A stretch of 64,000 nucleotides of DNA from a virus. The notes under the pieces are model-generated. The model was not told where the DNA came from and did not search any database. It worked only from the letters and a program-made list of their open reading frames with translations. This document shows, in pieces, positions 39,534 to 49,672 of this stretch. The translations under genes were made by a program, and so were the position numbers. The first letter of the stretch is position 1; every line of letters starts with the position of its first letter. The stretch is from the IMG/VR virus record IMGVR_UViG_3300024264_000023, positions 7,758-71,757 of that record. One strand, given 5' to 3'.

Positions 39534-42383
39534 TTATATCCCCATCTTACCTGTATAGAAAGGGTTTGCAAAACGTTTCATGCTACCACCTTTCTTACCA
39601 ACTGTTGTATTTGGTACTGTAACTGAAGGAATATTAAAATCATTATTATCTTCTTCAGATGAAGGATTTCTTCTTTCTGTTTTTTTACCTGTTAAAGGTG
39701 TGCCATCTAAGAAATATTGATTCATTTTCATCCTCTCATCTACTGTAGCATTGGGATAAAGTTCAGATGTTTTTTTATCAATCTCTATCAGCCTATCTTG
39801 TCTTATCTGCCAATCCTCACGGTCATCCTTATTTACTGCAAAAGGTTTATCTGCTTTTTTAACTTGCATACCACCAATGCTTGGATCTATTTCCATGTAG
39901 TCTTTAAGCATATTTAAATTATATGTATTTGCTCTGTTTGTAATAGCATCATTATATAATTTATTAGATTCCTTTTTATCCCAGTTTTCAAAATCAACAA
40001 ATCTTTGCAATGCTCTTACACTGCCATCATACTCTGCATCTTGTTGTTTAGCATTAAAAACTCCTGTTCTTAAATTAAGATCAGCTTGCGTTCTTGCAGC
40101 ATTATTCATAATGCCTACATTATTAGTATTAGTACCAGCAATTGCTTTTACTGCTTCTTCTGCACCTTTACCAAATGCATTTGTACCAGCCACACTACCT
40201 TTACCATATCCTCTAAGGTTTTTCATATATTGACCAGTATTTGCATTTATTGCATTTACTTTCGCAGTCCAATCATCAAGAACATAGTTTATTCTTTCTT
40301 GTGGTAGTTTAGTCACATTAGGCATAAACAACGGATTCTCTAATGAGTTTTGTGTTGCTATATTATTTAGGTCTTGCCACCACCAATCAGGCATTGGTTG
40401 TTTTTCTGTTATTATGTCTCCACTACTTGCTGGTGTTCTTTCATCTTCAACACTAGCATTTAATATATTTGGTTTCTGTACACGTACATATGTTCTACCT
40501 TTATTAAAAGTATCAAAACCTAATTTGCCATCTACACATGTTCCTGGTCTATCTCCACTACATGGGAATAATATTCTAGGTTTACTTTTTGCATCTTTTC
40601 CAAATATCTCATAATGGTTTTTATTTTCTATTTCTTGCATTAAAGTCTGTGCCTGAGTCCAATGTGCTTTATATTTTCTAGCTTGATCATTTACAGGTTT
40701 ACCATTCTTCCATAAACCTGACTTCATTTGATAATTAAATTCAGGCATCATAGTTTTTAGATCATCACCATAACGTAAATTAAAATCAGCTTCGGCTTCA
40801 GGAGTTGTAAAGTCACCACCAAAAGAATTAGACTCTTCTCCCATCCAACCTTGAGACATAGGTCTATCCTGATTGGAATACATTCCTTTTCTTATTCTAA
40901 CATTATTATCATTTGATCCTTCATATACAGAATTTAAAGATGCATCTTCATCACTAATAACACTTACACTACCTGTTCCTTTTGTTTCTAGTTGTTTCTG
41001 TTCATTCTGAACAAAATTTTCAAACTTGTTAGCAGGTAAAACTTCTATAGCTTCATAGTTTGTAACACCTTGTGTTTCATCTCTAGTGGCAACAATTTTA
41101 TAACCATTATTTATAGCATCTTCAAACTCTTGCCATTGAGGATGTGTTTTTGGTAAAGGGTTTTCATCAATAGCTTTTGCTGTTGAAGTAGTAACACCAG
41201 TACCTGAATCATCTATAGCACCATCTTCAACATCAGTTTTAGCTTCTGTATCTGGTTGAACTGTTGGCTGAACTGTTTCTTGCTCTTCAAATTCTATATC
41301 TTCAGTTCTATATAATTCTGGAATATTACCTGTTCCCTTAACGGTCATTGCTAATTGCATAGCAGCTGATTTACTTAGAGGAGGGGTACCATCATCAAAT
41401 ACCCAAACCTTACCATCAAAAGTAGGATCTTTAACACCTTTAGGCCATTCTTGACCTTTACGCTTAGCATATTCAGAAGCTTTTTCCCCACCTTTTTGAA
41501 ACTCTGCAGCTGGAGCTTGACCCATTTCTTCTGGTGTTGGTTGGATCTGACTATTAGGATCTGACATCTGTGGATCAACAACTTCTTGTTGCTGTGGTTG
41601 TCCATCTATGTTTTCCATCATAGCTTGCATCTGCAACATTTTTTGCTGTTGCTCTGGTGGTAGTGATGCTAATAATTCTAACTCTTGTTTTTGTCTTGTT
41701 GATTCTTCTACTGTAGCGGCAAACTCAATTGGGTCAATACCTTTTTCTACTAAGTATGGATATGATGCTAAAGGCACTCCATCTTCAAAATTCTTTTTGA
41801 CTTCTTGACCAAAGGCTAGCTTTGACAAGTTACTCATATTTTTCTTAAGCATTAATTCAGCACTTGTAGTTGATATAATATCAGCATACTGATCATTAAT
41901 AACTCCGTAAAAAGGATTGAGTTGATATCTTTTAGATACTTGTGCTGGTGTTATTTTTTTTCTGCTTTCTATACCAAACTCAGCAAGCTCATTTCTGTCC
42001 ATTTTTAATCCTGCAGTATCAGAATAAATAAAAGACTGCTCAGGCAAATACATTGGTACACCTCCGCTTGAGTGTCTTGGTCCAGTAATACTGTATAAAC
42101 CAAATTGACCATCACCACTTAAATCTGTTAGTACAGTCTCCCCACCTTCAGCTTCAATGTTTGCTTCATCCCTAGGTACACTAGATAAACTATATCTAAC
42201 TGAATCATCTAAATCATTGTTAAAGTTTGTTTGTCCATAGTATTCTTGTGGTGTTGTAATTAAACCATAGTCTGCTTGATCGCCAGTTACCATTCCACCA
42301 TCTCTCTTTAAAGCTTTTTTCTTTACTTTGCCATCAACTATATGGAAGCCTTTAGGTAATTTGTTTATTCTAACTTTTGCCAT
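39534..42383 (-). CDS. Virion cargo/ejection protein with xxGG motifs
   Basis: NIEAEGGETV...GPRHSSGGVP..SFIYSD domain; KRDGG, FQKGG, KKGG. Confidence 0.65.
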   Translation of the reverse strand: MAKVRINKLPKGFHIVDGKVKKKALKRDGGMVTGDQADYGLITTPQEYYGQTNFNNDLDDSVRYSLSSVPRDEANIEAEGGETVLTDLSGDGQFGLYSITGPRHSSGGVPMYLPEQSFIYSDTAGLKMDRNELAEFGIESRKKITPAQVSKRYQLNPFYGVINDQYADIISTTSAELMLKKNMSNLSKLAFGQEVKKNFEDGVPLASYPYLVEKGIDPIEFAATVEESTRQKQELELLASLPPEQQQKMLQMQAMMENIDGQPQQQEVVDPQMSDPNSQIQPTPEEMGQAPAAEFQKGGEKASEYAKRKGQEWPKGVKDPTFDGKVWVFDDGTPPLSKSAAMQLAMTVKGTGNIPELYRTEDIEFEEQETVQPTVQPDTEAKTDVEDGAIDDSGTGVTTSTAKAIDENPLPKTHPQWQEFEDAINNGYKIVATRDETQGVTNYEAIEVLPANKFENFVQNEQKQLETKGTGSVSVISDEDASLNSVYEGSNDNNVRIRKGMYSNQDRPMSQGWMGEESNSFGGDFTTPEAEADFNLRYGDDLKTMMPEFNYQMKSGLWKNGKPVNDQARKYKAHWTQAQTLMQEIENKNHYEIFGKDAKSKPRILFPCSGDRPGTCVDGKLGFDTFNKGRTYVRVQKPNILNASVEDERTPASSGDIITEKQPMPDWWWQDLNNIATQNSLENPLFMPNVTKLPQERINYVLDDWTAKVNAINANTGQYMKNLRGYGKGSVAGTNAFGKGAEEAVKAIAGTNTNNVGIMNNAARTQADLNLRTGVFNAKQQDAEYDGSVRALQRFVDFENWDKKESNKLYNDAITNRANTYNLNMLKDYMEIDPSIGGMQVKKADKPFAVNKDDREDWQIRQDRLIEIDKKTSELYPNATVDERMKMNQYFLDGTPLTGKKTERRNPSSEEDNNDFNIPSVTVPNTTVGKKGGSMKRFANPFYTGKMGI

Positions 42384-42385
42384 AA

Positions 42386-45223
42386 TTATAATATTTCTAT
42401 GTCAGCACCTGCTGCTATTAGTGCAGCTAGTGTATCATTATCAACTTCTATTTCCCCACCACCTTGCATTTCATCTTTATGAAGGTAACCTAATTTTTTC
42501 ATTCTTTCATGATCAGCTGGTTCATTAGCTTTATATCCTTTACCTGATTCTGGATCAAACATCATGTGTACTTTAAACTCACCGCCCTTTTTTGCAGTTC
42601 CGGTTGCTCCACCAAACTGTGTAGGAGACCCTTGAAAGTTCATATAATAACCAGTTGTTCTTTCGGCTTCTCCTTGTAAACGTCCATCATTTAAACCATA
42701 ATAACCTTCACTCATAGGATCAGACATCTTAGTATCATAAGCAAAATCAGCACCACCCATCAACTCAAGCTTATCATATTGTCTTTTAAAATCACGCTCT
42801 GCTATCCTTCTATTAATAAAACCAGCTCCTTTAACAGCAAAACTTGACATTGCTGTAGCAGCATTGTATAATGGACTGTCTGCAATAGCATCTAATGTCC
42901 CACTTAAAGGATTTGACACACTAGCTTTTGGTAAAGTTATATCATTAAATTTATCATCTGCAGTTCTAACAGGTGGTTGAGCAGGTTGTTGAGCAGGTTG
43001 TGTTGAAGCATTACTTGATTTTCTTGAAGGTGTAGTATTCATTAAATCCTCCATATAGTTTGTTTGACCAGAATTTTTCATCATATCCTGTAGACTATCT
43101 GTATAAGGATTAAAGTCTGATCCACCCATATCATACTCAGCTCCATCTTCACCATACATCCAGTCAGGAAGATTGTATTGTGCTTTTGGTAAAGACTGCT
43201 CACCACCTCTAGCTTTTTTTGCTGCAGCTCTATATAGGTCTTGCATAGTAGCAATTTCTTCAGGTGTTTTACCAACTGTTGTTTGACCTAGCTCTCTATT
43301 GTATTCCTCAAACGTTTGACCATTAATCATTTTGTTTACAGTAGTACCTAAAATACCTGCTTTTTCTGTATTAGAATTTGCAACATTTTTATCTGTTTCT
43401 GTTTGCCATTCATTAAATTGAGTTTGTGCCCAATCTTTAATTTTCATTTGATTCTCTGGTTCAAATACACCTTCTGTATTTACATCGTACTTATAATAAG
43501 ATGGTAGCTTATTAGACCATTCTTCTTGTCTATCATTATATCCTGAAAATGCACTTTTTGCATCTGCAAACATACTTACACCTGTTTGTATTGTATCTAA
43601 AAATATATTTGTTTTAGGTGGTGGCATTAAAGGAGCTAAACCTAAAGTAGGATCAACACCACTGTAATACTCAACAGCTCTATTAATATTCTTATCTAAA
43701 TATTTATTATCAATATCTTTTTCATCAGGTAGATAAACACCATTTACATATTGATTTTCTCCACCAACTGCAAAATTTCTAGGTTCTCCGCCTGTTGGGA
43801 AATATTCAGAATTGATACCTGAATTGTTTAGCATATCTATAATACCTTTTCTTTTATCTGCTTGATTCAAATAATCTACATCTATCATATTAGATTTTAC
43901 ATCTGTAGGTATATCTTTTCTTTTTAAGAATTCATCAAGAAGACTACTTCTACCTTGTTCATTTCCTAAAAGATCTTCTGTCAAATTCCCTCTTCTGCTT
44001 TCTATTAATCTTTCAATGACATCTGTTGGTATGTCATCTCTATCTATCATATGTTTTATGTCAAGATCTTCAAATTCAGCAATCTCATCAAAGTAATCTT
44101 GTCTTTTCATGTTATCAAGAAACTCACGTGCTTCTGATTTTGCTGCTGCTGATTCAGCTGATTCTGCTGCTCTTGCTGCTTTATCTTGTTTAAATAAATC
44201 AAGAAAGTCCTCTATCTCTTTTCTCTCAACAGCATCCATATCTATATCTACATCATCCAAACTTTGCTTCATTGCATCAAGCATGTTGAAGTCATCAGGT
44301 AGTTCTTTTCCTGCAGACTTAAATTGATTTACTACATCTTCAGTTTTATTAATAAGACCAGGTAGAATTTTTTTACCACCTTTTTTAGCACCTTTCTGTA
44401 ATAAATTTTTTACAACACCTGCACCAAAATATGTAGTAGGATCTAATAGCATATCTGTTGCCATTGCTCCCCAAAAATTATCTACACCTAATGATTTAGA
44501 TACACCCTCTTGAGACGGGTCATCATCTAATATAGTAGTGTTACGTATATCTGGTATAATATTACCCCAATCAAATGTACCATCTCCTTTGTCAAAAACT
44601 CCTTGTACACCTTCTCTTATAAAGTTAGCAGGTATACCTAATATCTGTAATGCATCATCAGCCATATATAAAGGATTGATTTGATACAACGCATTATCTG
44701 TTAATTTTTTTAAAAATGATCTATTATCTGCTTTTACAGTAACTTCATCTAGTTCTTGCATTTCAATGTCACCATCTTTATTTTGCCAGTAATCATCAAT
44801 TGTTTCTGTACCATACTGTGCTGTTGGCATCATCATCTGCTCTTCAGGAGATTCTTGCTGATTTTGAGTTTGTAAACTTTCATTCCTTGCAAGTAATTGA
44901 GGATTGTTGGTTACTTGCTCAGGCTGTGAAGGTTGATTAGATTCTTCAATGGATTCAAATAAAGCTATTATTTGTTCTTCTTTCATTCCTGCAACCATCA
45001 ATGCTTGCGCAATCATCTGAGAATCAACTTGATTTTCTAGCAGACCTGAAATAACATCTTTAGGATCTTGACCTTCTTGAACTGATTGACTTATGACTTT
45101 AGTTATTTCCATAACCTTTGGATCAACCTGTGGTTGCTGCGTTTGCTGCTGCATCCCAGGTTGCTCAGGTATCATCTGTCCTCCTTGTTGTTTTAAACTT
45201 TTTTTGTTTACTTTCAAACCCAT
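42386..45223 (-). CDS. Virion cargo protein, modular, with xxGG motifs
   Basis: KQQGG, AQYG, FAVGG, KARGG, AKKGG, MQGGG; Gln-rich N-terminus. Confidence 0.65.
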   Translation of the reverse strand: MGLKVNKKSLKQQGGQMIPEQPGMQQQTQQPQVDPKVMEITKVISQSVQEGQDPKDVISGLLENQVDSQMIAQALMVAGMKEEQIIALFESIEESNQPSQPEQVTNNPQLLARNESLQTQNQQESPEEQMMMPTAQYGTETIDDYWQNKDGDIEMQELDEVTVKADNRSFLKKLTDNALYQINPLYMADDALQILGIPANFIREGVQGVFDKGDGTFDWGNIIPDIRNTTILDDDPSQEGVSKSLGVDNFWGAMATDMLLDPTTYFGAGVVKNLLQKGAKKGGKKILPGLINKTEDVVNQFKSAGKELPDDFNMLDAMKQSLDDVDIDMDAVERKEIEDFLDLFKQDKAARAAESAESAAAKSEAREFLDNMKRQDYFDEIAEFEDLDIKHMIDRDDIPTDVIERLIESRRGNLTEDLLGNEQGRSSLLDEFLKRKDIPTDVKSNMIDVDYLNQADKRKGIIDMLNNSGINSEYFPTGGEPRNFAVGGENQYVNGVYLPDEKDIDNKYLDKNINRAVEYYSGVDPTLGLAPLMPPPKTNIFLDTIQTGVSMFADAKSAFSGYNDRQEEWSNKLPSYYKYDVNTEGVFEPENQMKIKDWAQTQFNEWQTETDKNVANSNTEKAGILGTTVNKMINGQTFEEYNRELGQTTVGKTPEEIATMQDLYRAAAKKARGGEQSLPKAQYNLPDWMYGEDGAEYDMGGSDFNPYTDSLQDMMKNSGQTNYMEDLMNTTPSRKSSNASTQPAQQPAQPPVRTADDKFNDITLPKASVSNPLSGTLDAIADSPLYNAATAMSSFAVKGAGFINRRIAERDFKRQYDKLELMGGADFAYDTKMSDPMSEGYYGLNDGRLQGEAERTTGYYMNFQGSPTQFGGATGTAKKGGEFKVHMMFDPESGKGYKANEPADHERMKKLGYLHKDEMQGGGEIEVDNDTLAALIAAGADIEIL

Positions 45224-45226
45224 AAT

Positions 45227-45252
45227 ATTATATTATTAATATACAAATAATT
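45227..45252 (-). promoter_or_regulatory. Candidate phage late promoter
   Basis: AATTATTTGTATATTAATAATATA just before ATG 45223. Confidence 0.5.
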
Positions 45253-45277
45253 ACTTAGAATCACTAATTTTAAAGGT

Positions 45278-48200
45278 TTAAGAACGCTTAGAAATCTCAG
45301 TCATTATATAATTTGCAGGAGTCATACCTAATGCTTTAGCCTCTGCATAATTGATTCTATTTAATTTATCATAATTTTTTTTATCTTCATTTGATCCAAC
45401 AAAACCACCATTTACATATGTCTTATATCTACTATATGGATTACTCTCACCACCTGTTTTTAGTTTTGGTTTAATAAATGCATTATAGTTTCCCATAAAT
45501 CTTTCTTTATGATCAGCATTTGTTTTGTTATAAAATTTCATGTAATAGTCATACATTGCATTTGGATCTTGTAAGCTAGGTAAACTCTCAGGAGATCTAG
45601 CATATTGCATTCTAGCAGTAGCCATTCCCGCTAATTCATCTCCTGCTTTTAATACGTTGTTCATATTTGATGGATCTAAGCCCATTGAACTTAACCAATC
45701 AAACATCTTTTTTTGTTGAGCTGTATATCTATTATTTTCTCCTCTAGGATCAAACAAATCATTATAAGCTGCATCATCTATGGACATTGGACCTCTTGTA
45801 TAATTTCTACCATATGCACCAGAATTTCCTCCATATGAATTTTCCATAGCAGCAGTCATTAACAACAATGCTTCTAAATTTGAATCATTATCTGAATTAG
45901 CAACTACCGTGCTTAATGCAGTATTTAATTTTTCTCTTCTTTGTTTAGACTCATCATCAATATCAAAATATGGATCATATCCGGTTGGTCCCCCTTTTTG
46001 TTTTATAGGCAACTGACCACTTTCTTGTAACTCCTTAACAGTATACGCTCCACCTATTACTGGTGCTGCCATATATGTTTTATTTAAAATATCTTTTATT
46101 GCTTTTCTAACATTACTGTTTTCTAAATTTGCAGTTCTTGGGGCATTGGGCATTAGATACTGACCTGGTTTTAAAAATTGTTCTGCATCTAAACTTGAGA
46201 ATAAATGCTGGATATCATAATTTGCACCTGTACCTCTAAAATCTTTTCCTGCTTCCTTTGACCAATTTGCTATAGCATCTGTTAGTTTTGCAACTTGTTC
46301 ATCTGTTACATTATCCCCTGATTTTAATCCTGCATTTTTTTCTAACCAGTTAAGTGCTTTTCTAAACCTTACTTGTTGCTCCCATGGTCTACTTAAATAT
46401 TCTACATCTAATGCTGGATTATTATCAACAAGTCTTAATTTTGGGTGTCTATATAGATCACTTCCTTGTTGACCTACATTACTAAACATATGTTCTATTT
46501 CATGCTCTAGTACTCCTAATACATTTTCTTTAGTAAGGTGTGGCTTTCTTGGGTCAATAGTAATTTTACCTCTAGTATATAATCCACCAGCAGTACCATC
46601 TAGTTTATCAAAAGAAAGAGTAGAATTTTCAAACTCTTTTATATAATCATCAATATAACCTGTTATTTCATCTTTGCTACGTCCAGTAGCTTCCATATTG
46701 TTTTTTATAAACTTATCAGAAAGTAATCTTTTTCTAGTTGCCTTAGCTATGTCTGAAATTTCTTGTTGTGTAGGTATAAGATGATCATACTCAACTACAT
46801 CAAATTCACCATCTACAACTTTCATAAATTGTTTTTCTTCTATACTTGGTAAATTTTTAAATTCAAAGTCATCAACGCTTTTAAAAAAATTTTTTACTGT
46901 TGGTATAAATTCATCAGCTTTCTTTAGTATGCCTTTGATTATAGCTTTTCCACGTTGAGCTTGTGGTAAATCACCACCATGTTTCAATTTACTTTTTAGT
47001 ATTTGTTCAGACATATCCCATCCTTGTTCTGCTGCTATTCTATCTAAGTTACCAGCTATGTCTCTAAATGATTGACTATCATACCAATTTTTAAATCCAC
47101 TATCTTTAATAAACCAATTTTCAACTTGTCCATGTCCTGGAAAATCTAATATAGTTGCATGACCTGCATAGGGTTGCCAAAGACCTTCTGTACCTTTACC
47201 TGCTAAGTCAGTAGATTTGTAAAACAGTTGACTCTTACCATTTGGTAATGGGACATTAACAATAGATCTACCACCTTGATTACCTAAATACTGTACGTTC
47301 TCACCTACTAAATCTTCTATCTTATATCCCATATCATCAGCATACTTTCCTTGTGCTTTAAGCATATCTAAAGCATTTTGGACAGTACCATCATCCATCT
47401 TTATAGAACCATAATGTGTAGGAGATTCTAACTTTCTAATAGGAAGCATTTCATAAAGACCTTTCTTACTAGTGTTACTAACAGCTTTAACTACATTATC
47501 TGAATTTTTTGCTACATTATCTATTTTTCCAAAAACACTTGGTGCCCATTCTTTTGCTTTTTTTAATAATGCTGTTACTATACTTTTACCTTTTTGAGCA
47601 GTTGGTAATTCTTTTCCATATCTTGCATTTAATACATCAAAGCTTTTTTCCGGAGTTTTACTGTCTGATATAGTATTAAACATTTCTAGTATCTGATCAT
47701 CCGTATAAATTTCCTGTAGTTGTTTATACTGTCCACTTTTTTTCATTATCTCAATCATCTCAGGAGTTACCTTTGAATCAAATATACTAGGTAAGTTTTT
47801 GTCTATGTTTCTTTCACTACTTCTACCAAAGTCTTCATCCTCTTCATAAAAATATCTTGTAGCATTTATTCTTGATCTTGTTTCTGTATCTCTATTTAAG
47901 TATCTGGCACGGTTAATTCTTTCTTGAATAACTTCCTTATCATTAGGTGTTAATCCTTCAGACTTTAATAATTCATTAAGTTCTTTTTCATCTTCCTTTA
48001 AACGTTTTATTCCTTGTTTACCATATTTTTTAATTAGTCTACGGTCAGATAAAGGTATATTACTTGCCTTAAAATAACCCTTGTTATCAGGATTACCATC
48101 ATCAGTAAAATGTGATAATTCATGAACAAGAACACTATCGTAACCATTACCTATTACATACTCTTCCATTGCTGAAGGGTTCATTGTTACTTGTCCATTA

Positions 48201-49672
48201 ATATACTGTCCCAGAAATCCATCAACTTCTTTATCAACTATATTTACATCATCAAAATTGCTTCTTGCAAGCTTAACTTTATTTTTAAATTCCTCTGAAC
48301 TAGAACTAGCATTTAACATTTGATTATGCATTGGTGAATTTGCCCAGTTAGTCATGAATTCAATTTGCTTTGTTGGAGTAGAAGTGCTTCCAGCATCTTG
48401 GAATGATGGGAGGTATTTTCCTAATTCCATTACATCTTGAGTTGTTGGTAAATATTCTTTTAATTTTTTGTATAAATTTGAGGGAATATCAGTAACACTT
48501 TTAATATCACCATATTTAATGTTTAAGGCATCTATTGGGTTAAGAAAATTTTCCATTACTTTTTTAGATAGACTAGTCTCATCTTTAGGATTAAATACTC
48601 CCACAACGCTTGGTTTACCCTTTTCTCCATCACTCGCTAATCCTCTAACTTTAGAGTAAAAAGTATTTTTTTCTGGAGTAGAAGAAAAATCATAAGAGTC
48701 ATATATAGTTATGTCTCCTGTATTGGGATCTTGCTCATAACTAACTCTACCAAACGTTGTAGCTGCTGCTAGCTCTGGTGATAGGAGACTGCCTGCAAGC
48801 ATATCTATAGAAGACATATTAAGACTGTTAAGATCTTTTTCAATTTCAGGACCATAATCTATATATTGTGTACCTCCTTTTGTTTGCCCTGTTCTTTTAA
48901 TTGCATTTAAAACACTTCTTTTAAGTTGCTCATTTGCATGATAAGTTGAATCTTCAAAACTATATTTATCATAACCTGTTAATTTATTAAAAATAAGCTG
49001 ACTTGCATTTTGTGGCAAAGGTGTCACTGCTCTTACAAGATTAGGTGGACTAACCAAACTTGCTAATGGCATCAATGTTTGGGCTGGACTATTATAGCTT
49101 ATATTAGATGCAACACCACCACGTTGTTTTTCTTTTAATACATCTGTTCCATCTTTATAATTTTCTGCAAACCATTGGGCTATCTCATCAGTAGGAAACT
49201 TAATTCCTTGGGATCTACCTTTTTTTCTATCAAACATTAAATTGCCATCATCTCCTTCAACAACTAAAGGGTAAACCATACTGTCTCCAGACTCCATAAA
49301 ATGTGTTGAAGGATCTGTTTGTCCTTCTAAATAAAACTCTGGATTTTTTTCATAAAGTCTTTGTACCCAACGTTTATCCATATTAGCATTAAATGTAGAA
49401 TCAATATATTTTTTATTTAACTCTACACCTTTTTGAGCCATAGGAAACTCATCAACATAATCTGCATTTTTAAAATAGTGTTCACTACCAGGCATCATCA
49501 TTGTTCCCGGACCAACATTAGGTTGAGCCCACACTGGATATTCTACATCTTGCATAGTAATGTGATTACCTTCAATGCGTGTATTTTTTCCTGGATGATT
49601 CCATTGTCCTTTTGGATCAACAATTATTTCATTTGGTCCACCTGGTAATCCTATGCTTTTATTTTTTCTCAT
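45278..49672 (-). CDS. Multi-domain cargo polyprotein (two HExxH zincin-like modules, lysozyme-like module)
   Basis: VHELSH and EHEIEH motifs; C-terminal TAAMENSYG..GPMSID..ARMQY..P..YYMKFYN; modules separated by Q/K-x-GG motifs. Confidence 0.7.
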   Translation of the reverse strand: MRKNKSIGLPGGPNEIIVDPKGQWNHPGKNTRIEGNHITMQDVEYPVWAQPNVGPGTMMMPGSEHYFKNADYVDEFPMAQKGVELNKKYIDSTFNANMDKRWVQRLYEKNPEFYLEGQTDPSTHFMESGDSMVYPLVVEGDDGNLMFDRKKGRSQGIKFPTDEIAQWFAENYKDGTDVLKEKQRGGVASNISYNSPAQTLMPLASLVSPPNLVRAVTPLPQNASQLIFNKLTGYDKYSFEDSTYHANEQLKRSVLNAIKRTGQTKGGTQYIDYGPEIEKDLNSLNMSSIDMLAGSLLSPELAAATTFGRVSYEQDPNTGDITIYDSYDFSSTPEKNTFYSKVRGLASDGEKGKPSVVGVFNPKDETSLSKKVMENFLNPIDALNIKYGDIKSVTDIPSNLYKKLKEYLPTTQDVMELGKYLPSFQDAGSTSTPTKQIEFMTNWANSPMHNQMLNASSSSEEFKNKVKLARSNFDDVNIVDKEVDGFLGQYINGQVTMNPSAMEEYVIGNGYDSVLVHELSHFTDDGNPDNKGYFKASNIPLSDRRLIKKYGKQGIKRLKEDEKELNELLKSEGLTPNDKEVIQERINRARYLNRDTETRSRINATRYFYEEDEDFGRSSERNIDKNLPSIFDSKVTPEMIEIMKKSGQYKQLQEIYTDDQILEMFNTISDSKTPEKSFDVLNARYGKELPTAQKGKSIVTALLKKAKEWAPSVFGKIDNVAKNSDNVVKAVSNTSKKGLYEMLPIRKLESPTHYGSIKMDDGTVQNALDMLKAQGKYADDMGYKIEDLVGENVQYLGNQGGRSIVNVPLPNGKSQLFYKSTDLAGKGTEGLWQPYAGHATILDFPGHGQVENWFIKDSGFKNWYDSQSFRDIAGNLDRIAAEQGWDMSEQILKSKLKHGGDLPQAQRGKAIIKGILKKADEFIPTVKNFFKSVDDFEFKNLPSIEEKQFMKVVDGEFDVVEYDHLIPTQQEISDIAKATRKRLLSDKFIKNNMEATGRSKDEITGYIDDYIKEFENSTLSFDKLDGTAGGLYTRGKITIDPRKPHLTKENVLGVLEHEIEHMFSNVGQQGSDLYRHPKLRLVDNNPALDVEYLSRPWEQQVRFRKALNWLEKNAGLKSGDNVTDEQVAKLTDAIANWSKEAGKDFRGTGANYDIQHLFSSLDAEQFLKPGQYLMPNAPRTANLENSNVRKAIKDILNKTYMAAPVIGGAYTVKELQESGQLPIKQKGGPTGYDPYFDIDDESKQRREKLNTALSTVVANSDNDSNLEALLLMTAAMENSYGGNSGAYGRNYTRGPMSIDDAAYNDLFDPRGENNRYTAQQKKMFDWLSSMGLDPSNMNNVLKAGDELAGMATARMQYARSPESLPSLQDPNAMYDYYMKFYNKTNADHKERFMGNYNAFIKPKLKTGGESNPYSRYKTYVNGGFVGSNEDKKNYDKLNRINYAEAKALGMTPANYIMTEISKRS

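Noticed and set aside
12687-45280. AAACCTTTAA-like second promoter element near several TGTATATTA sites
   Set aside because: Spacing and orientation are inconsistent among copies.
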